Below, in pieces: positions 24,098 through 27,092 of a DNA stretch of 27,092 bases. Position 1 is the first letter of the stretch, and the number at the start of each line of letters is the position of its first letter. Made by a program: the position numbers and the translations under genes. The stretch comes from a virus (Duplodnaviria > Caudoviricetes). The notes under the pieces were generated by a model. That model did not search any database. It was not told the DNA's origin and saw nothing but the letters and a program-made list of their open reading frames with translations. Location of the stretch: IMG/VR virus record IMGVR_UViG_3300007974_000850, positions 1-27,092 of that record. One strand, 5' to 3'.

Positions 24098-26250
24098 CAA
24101 ACACGCTCCCGACAGCACTCGACTACGCCGCCAAAGGCTGGCGAATCGTCCCCATCCGACCAGGAGAAAAACGGCCTGCCCTCCAAAACTGGACTGTCAC
24201 CGCCAGCAAAGACCCGCAACAAATCACCGAATGGTTTAGCGGACCTTTCGCCGACCACGGCATTGGCATAGCAACCGGCCCAGAATCCGGCATCTTCGTC
24301 CTCGACGTCGACATCACCGACACCAAAGCCGGAGACGAAACCCTCGCAGACCTTGAGGAACTCTACGGACGACTCCCCGACACCCTCATCGCCATCACCG
24401 GATCCGGCGGATGGCACATCTACCTCAACTACCCACCCGACTTTGAGATCCGCAACGACGCCGGCCGACGCCTCGGACCAGGCCTAGACATTCGAGGAAC
24501 AGGCGGCCAAGTCGTCGCACCACCAACCATCCACCCCAACGGCAACGCCTACCAATGGGACCAAGGCTGCCAAACAATCGCCGACGCCCCACCATGGCTC
24601 CTCCAGCTGCTCACATCACAGCCCGAACCTGTACAGAAATCTGTACAGCCCAGCGGAGACATCACCGACTCCATCGCAGCCACCTACAACAACAACACCA
24701 CCTGGTCGCAACTCCTCAACGACGACGGCTGGACCCTCACCCAAACCCTCCCAGATGGTGAACAGCACTGGACCAGACCAGACAAAGACATCCGAGACGG
24801 CATCTCCGCCACCACCGGCCATGAAGGCCGAGACATCCTCACAGTCTTCACCAGCAGCCTCCTATGGCTCCCAGAAGACTCCTACTCGAGATTCGGCTAC
24901 TACTCGTGCCGACACCACCAGGGCGACCGCTCAGCAGCAGCCACCCATCTCCACCACATCGCAGCCCGCACCACCGAAAACTATTTCGAAACCCAACTCA
25001 TCACACCCATCACACCAACCATTGAACCAGCCGACCGCATCGAACTCGCCCACCTGGTCAACTGGGAGAAACTCTGGTCCGACGACCGACCAGACGAAGA
25101 ATGGCTAGCCGAACCCATCATCCCCAAAGGCAGATCCATCGCCCTCTACGCCCCAGCCAAAGCCGGCAAATCCACCATCACCCTCGCCATCGTCGCAGCA
25201 GTCGCAACCGGCGGACGGATCCTCGGACAAACCCGAGCCACCCCCACCAGCTGCCTCTACCTCGACTACGAAATGACAGAAGACGACCTCATCGAACGCC
25301 TCACCGACCTCGGCTACGGACCCCAAGACAACCTCACCAACCTCCACTACGCCCTCCTCCCCTCACTACCACCACTCGACACACCCGAAGGCGCCCACGC
25401 CATCCTCAACCTCGTCGACCAAACAGCCGCCCAACTCGTAGTCGTCGACACATTCGGCCGAGCCGTCCAAGGCGACGAAGACAAAGCCGACACAGTCCGC
25501 AACTTCTACCGACACACCGGCCTCTCCCTCAAAGCTCGAGGCGTAGCCGTCCTACGCACCGACCATTCCGGAAAAGACACCGGGAAAGGAATGCGAGGCA
25601 GCTCAGCCAAAGCCGACGACGTCGACATTGTCTGGCAGCTCTCCCGAACCGACACCAGCAAAGGCGACGGCATCAGACTCAACCGCACCCACTCACGCCT
25701 CTCCTGGGTGCCACAAGACATCCGAATCACCCGAACCGAAACTGACAACGGCCACGACTACATCATCGACGCCCAAGACCAAACATGGCCCAACGGAACC
25801 AGACAAGACGCCGACCTCCTCACCGAACTCCAACTCCCCACCAACATCGGATTCAACCACGCCAAAACCGCCATCCGAGAAGCCGGCCACAAAATGCGAG
25901 ACAGCCGCATCCGAACCGCCATCAAGTTCAGAAAACAAGCCAAAGCATCCGAAGAAACCATGAGACTCACAGCCGGAATCACCACCAATTCACAAGCGCA
26001 CAAGCGCGTCGGACGCGCTGAAAACAATCGGGACGCGCTCGACGGGACGCGACAGCGGGACGCGCCCCCCCAAAAGTGGGACGCGCCGGACTCTAAACAA
26101 AACCCGCAGGTCACAGACTCACAAAAACGGGACGCGTTAGACCCCGAACGGGACGCGGTAGCAGCGAGCCAACCGGGACGCGAGCGTGTCTATGAAGGGA
26201 CACGCTCGCTACCGGCCACTCCCGACACACAAACAACACCTCTCTTCTAA
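24094..26250 (+). CDS. Bifunctional DNA primase-polymerase fused to RecA-like (AAA_25) helicase
   Basis: ALDYAAKGW.I.P....KRP, IGIATG, VLDVD, TGSGGWHIY, LDIRG.GG.VVAPPTIHP.G..Y.W; Walker A APAKAGKS, VVVDT, DHSGK, RGSSA..DDVD. Confidence 0.92.
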   Translation: MTNTLPTALDYAAKGWRIVPIRPGEKRPALQNWTVTASKDPQQITEWFSGPFADHGIGIATGPESGIFVLDVDITDTKAGDETLADLEELYGRLPDTLIAITGSGGWHIYLNYPPDFEIRNDAGRRLGPGLDIRGTGGQVVAPPTIHPNGNAYQWDQGCQTIADAPPWLLQLLTSQPEPVQKSVQPSGDITDSIAATYNNNTTWSQLLNDDGWTLTQTLPDGEQHWTRPDKDIRDGISATTGHEGRDILTVFTSSLLWLPEDSYSRFGYYSCRHHQGDRSAAATHLHHIAARTTENYFETQLITPITPTIEPADRIELAHLVNWEKLWSDDRPDEEWLAEPIIPKGRSIALYAPAKAGKSTITLAIVAAVATGGRILGQTRATPTSCLYLDYEMTEDDLIERLTDLGYGPQDNLTNLHYALLPSLPPLDTPEGAHAILNLVDQTAAQLVVVDTFGRAVQGDEDKADTVRNFYRHTGLSLKARGVAVLRTDHSGKDTGKGMRGSSAKADDVDIVWQLSRTDTSKGDGIRLNRTHSRLSWVPQDIRITRTETDNGHDYIIDAQDQTWPNGTRQDADLLTELQLPTNIGFNHAKTAIREAGHKMRDSRIRTAIKFRKQAKASEETMRLTAGITTNSQAHKRVGRAENNRDALDGTRQRDAPPQKWDAPDSKQNPQVTDSQKRDALDPERDAVAASQPGRERVYEGTRSLPATPDTQTTPLF
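26003..26209 (+). repeat. Iteron-like direct repeat array (GGGACGCG), candidate replication origin
   Basis: Perfect copies start at 26030, 26044, 26057, 26078, 26129, 26150 and 26175, with variants at 26010 and 26197. Flanked by inverted repeats. Confidence 0.75.
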
Positions 26251-26266
26251 ACCTCGAGGATCAACC

Positions 26267-26707
26267 ATGAGTGGCAACTACCGGACCCAATCATCACCAC
26301 AACATCCACTCGCAATGAGAAACGGATACGTCAAAGTCCACCGCAAAACACTTTGGGATCACCTGCACCCAGATCACCCAGACCCATACAAAACATTCAA
26401 CCACTGCCACTGGTGCAACTGGCCTCAATATTGGAGAGCCAACGAAACCAGCAAAGGCCAAGCCTCAATCAACAGCATCAACGTCGACCACCTCGACGGA
26501 AACAAAACCAACAACAACATCTCCAACCTCGTCGCCAGCTGCTATTGGTGCAACACCCAAAGAACAAACATCAATCAACACCTCTTCCAGATCCTCGCCT
26601 CAACCTATTCCCACACACCACCAAAGAACCGGCCCCAACTCCTCTACCTAGCAATGGCACAACCAGCAGCAGACGGAGCCATACACACAGAAGACATGGA
26701 CCTCTGA
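26267..26707 (+). CDS. HNH endonuclease
   Basis: HPLA..NGYV..HR, CHWC, VDHLDGNKTNN.ISNLVASC..CN. Confidence 0.88.
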   Translation: MSGNYRTQSSPQHPLAMRNGYVKVHRKTLWDHLHPDHPDPYKTFNHCHWCNWPQYWRANETSKGQASINSINVDHLDGNKTNNNISNLVASCYWCNTQRTNINQHLFQILASTYSHTPPKNRPQLLYLAMAQPAADGAIHTEDMDL

Positions 26708-27060
26708 TGGCAAAGCGACGCTGCGAAAACTGTGGGGGATGGGTCACCCCACCCACCCAATGCCAACCATGCCGCCGGACCTACGAACGGGGGCGGGCCA
26801 AGGGGAGGGGTAGGAGGGAGGAGTACGCCGGTGACTGGCGCTACAACTCCCAACAACTCCGACTCGAATGGATCATCCTTCACGGATACAACTGCCCAGG
26901 CTGGACCATGCCCAACTATCCAGGCAGACCCCCCCACCCCGCCACCGACCTAGTCGTCGACCACGACCTCGGAGTCTTGTGTCGACAATGCAACAGCAGC
27001 AAAGCAGCCACCCACGACAGGGCCAGAGCCACCCCACCCACCCCACCAACCAACACCTAA
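26707..27060 (+). CDS. HNH endonuclease-like protein (probable packaging-associated type)
   Basis: CENCG...CQPC, Y...W, CPGW...HP..DL.VDH...LCRQCNSSK. The loop between DH and LC is shortened. It is the last gene of the arm. Confidence 0.7.
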   Translation: MAKRRCENCGGWVTPPTQCQPCRRTYERGRAKGRGRREEYAGDWRYNSQQLRLEWIILHGYNCPGWTMPNYPGRPPHPATDLVVDHDLGVLCRQCNSSKAATHDRARATPPTPPTNT

Positions 27061-27092
27061 GGGTTATCCACAACCACACCCACACCCCCAAC

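Noticed and set aside
26003-26209. Repeat array as a CRISPR or mini-array
   Set aside because: Repeats are only 8-10 bp with irregular 5-43 bp gaps and lie within a CDS.

Overview
The window is a large, almost entirely + strand, tightly coupled (ATGA/TAATG overlaps) segment of a tailed siphovirus-like phage. The host is probably actinobacterial, judging from WhiB, Rpf and an r1t-type holin. In order: (1) a glycosylation cluster of four GT-A genes (the first with two domains and truncated by the window edge) plus a PglD/NeuD-like acyltransferase, running directly into the head-tail genes, with a fifth CgeB-like GT-B gene wedged between the tail terminator and tail tube; (2) tail tube, tail chaperone with a probable -1 frameshift, tape measure and tail tip/fibre genes; (3) a lysis module interrupted by a Zn-finger, metallophosphoesterase and DUF6378-like cassette; (4) a structured intergenic region with a near-consensus sigma-A promoter overlapped by an 8-4-8 palindrome; (5) an early/replication arm with small ORFs, Holliday junction resolvase, WhiB, a C5 DNA methyltransferase apparently built from three ORFs, one antisense PnuC-like membrane gene, PD-(D/E)XK exonuclease, SSB, RHH protein, stand-alone Rpf, primase-polymerase/helicase with an iteron-like array and two HNH genes. 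No integrase, tRNA, rRNA or CRISPR array was seen. The best candidates for new biology are the multi-enzyme glycosylation system embedded in the virion genes and the tripartite methyltransferase. All family calls are by motif recognition, not database search.
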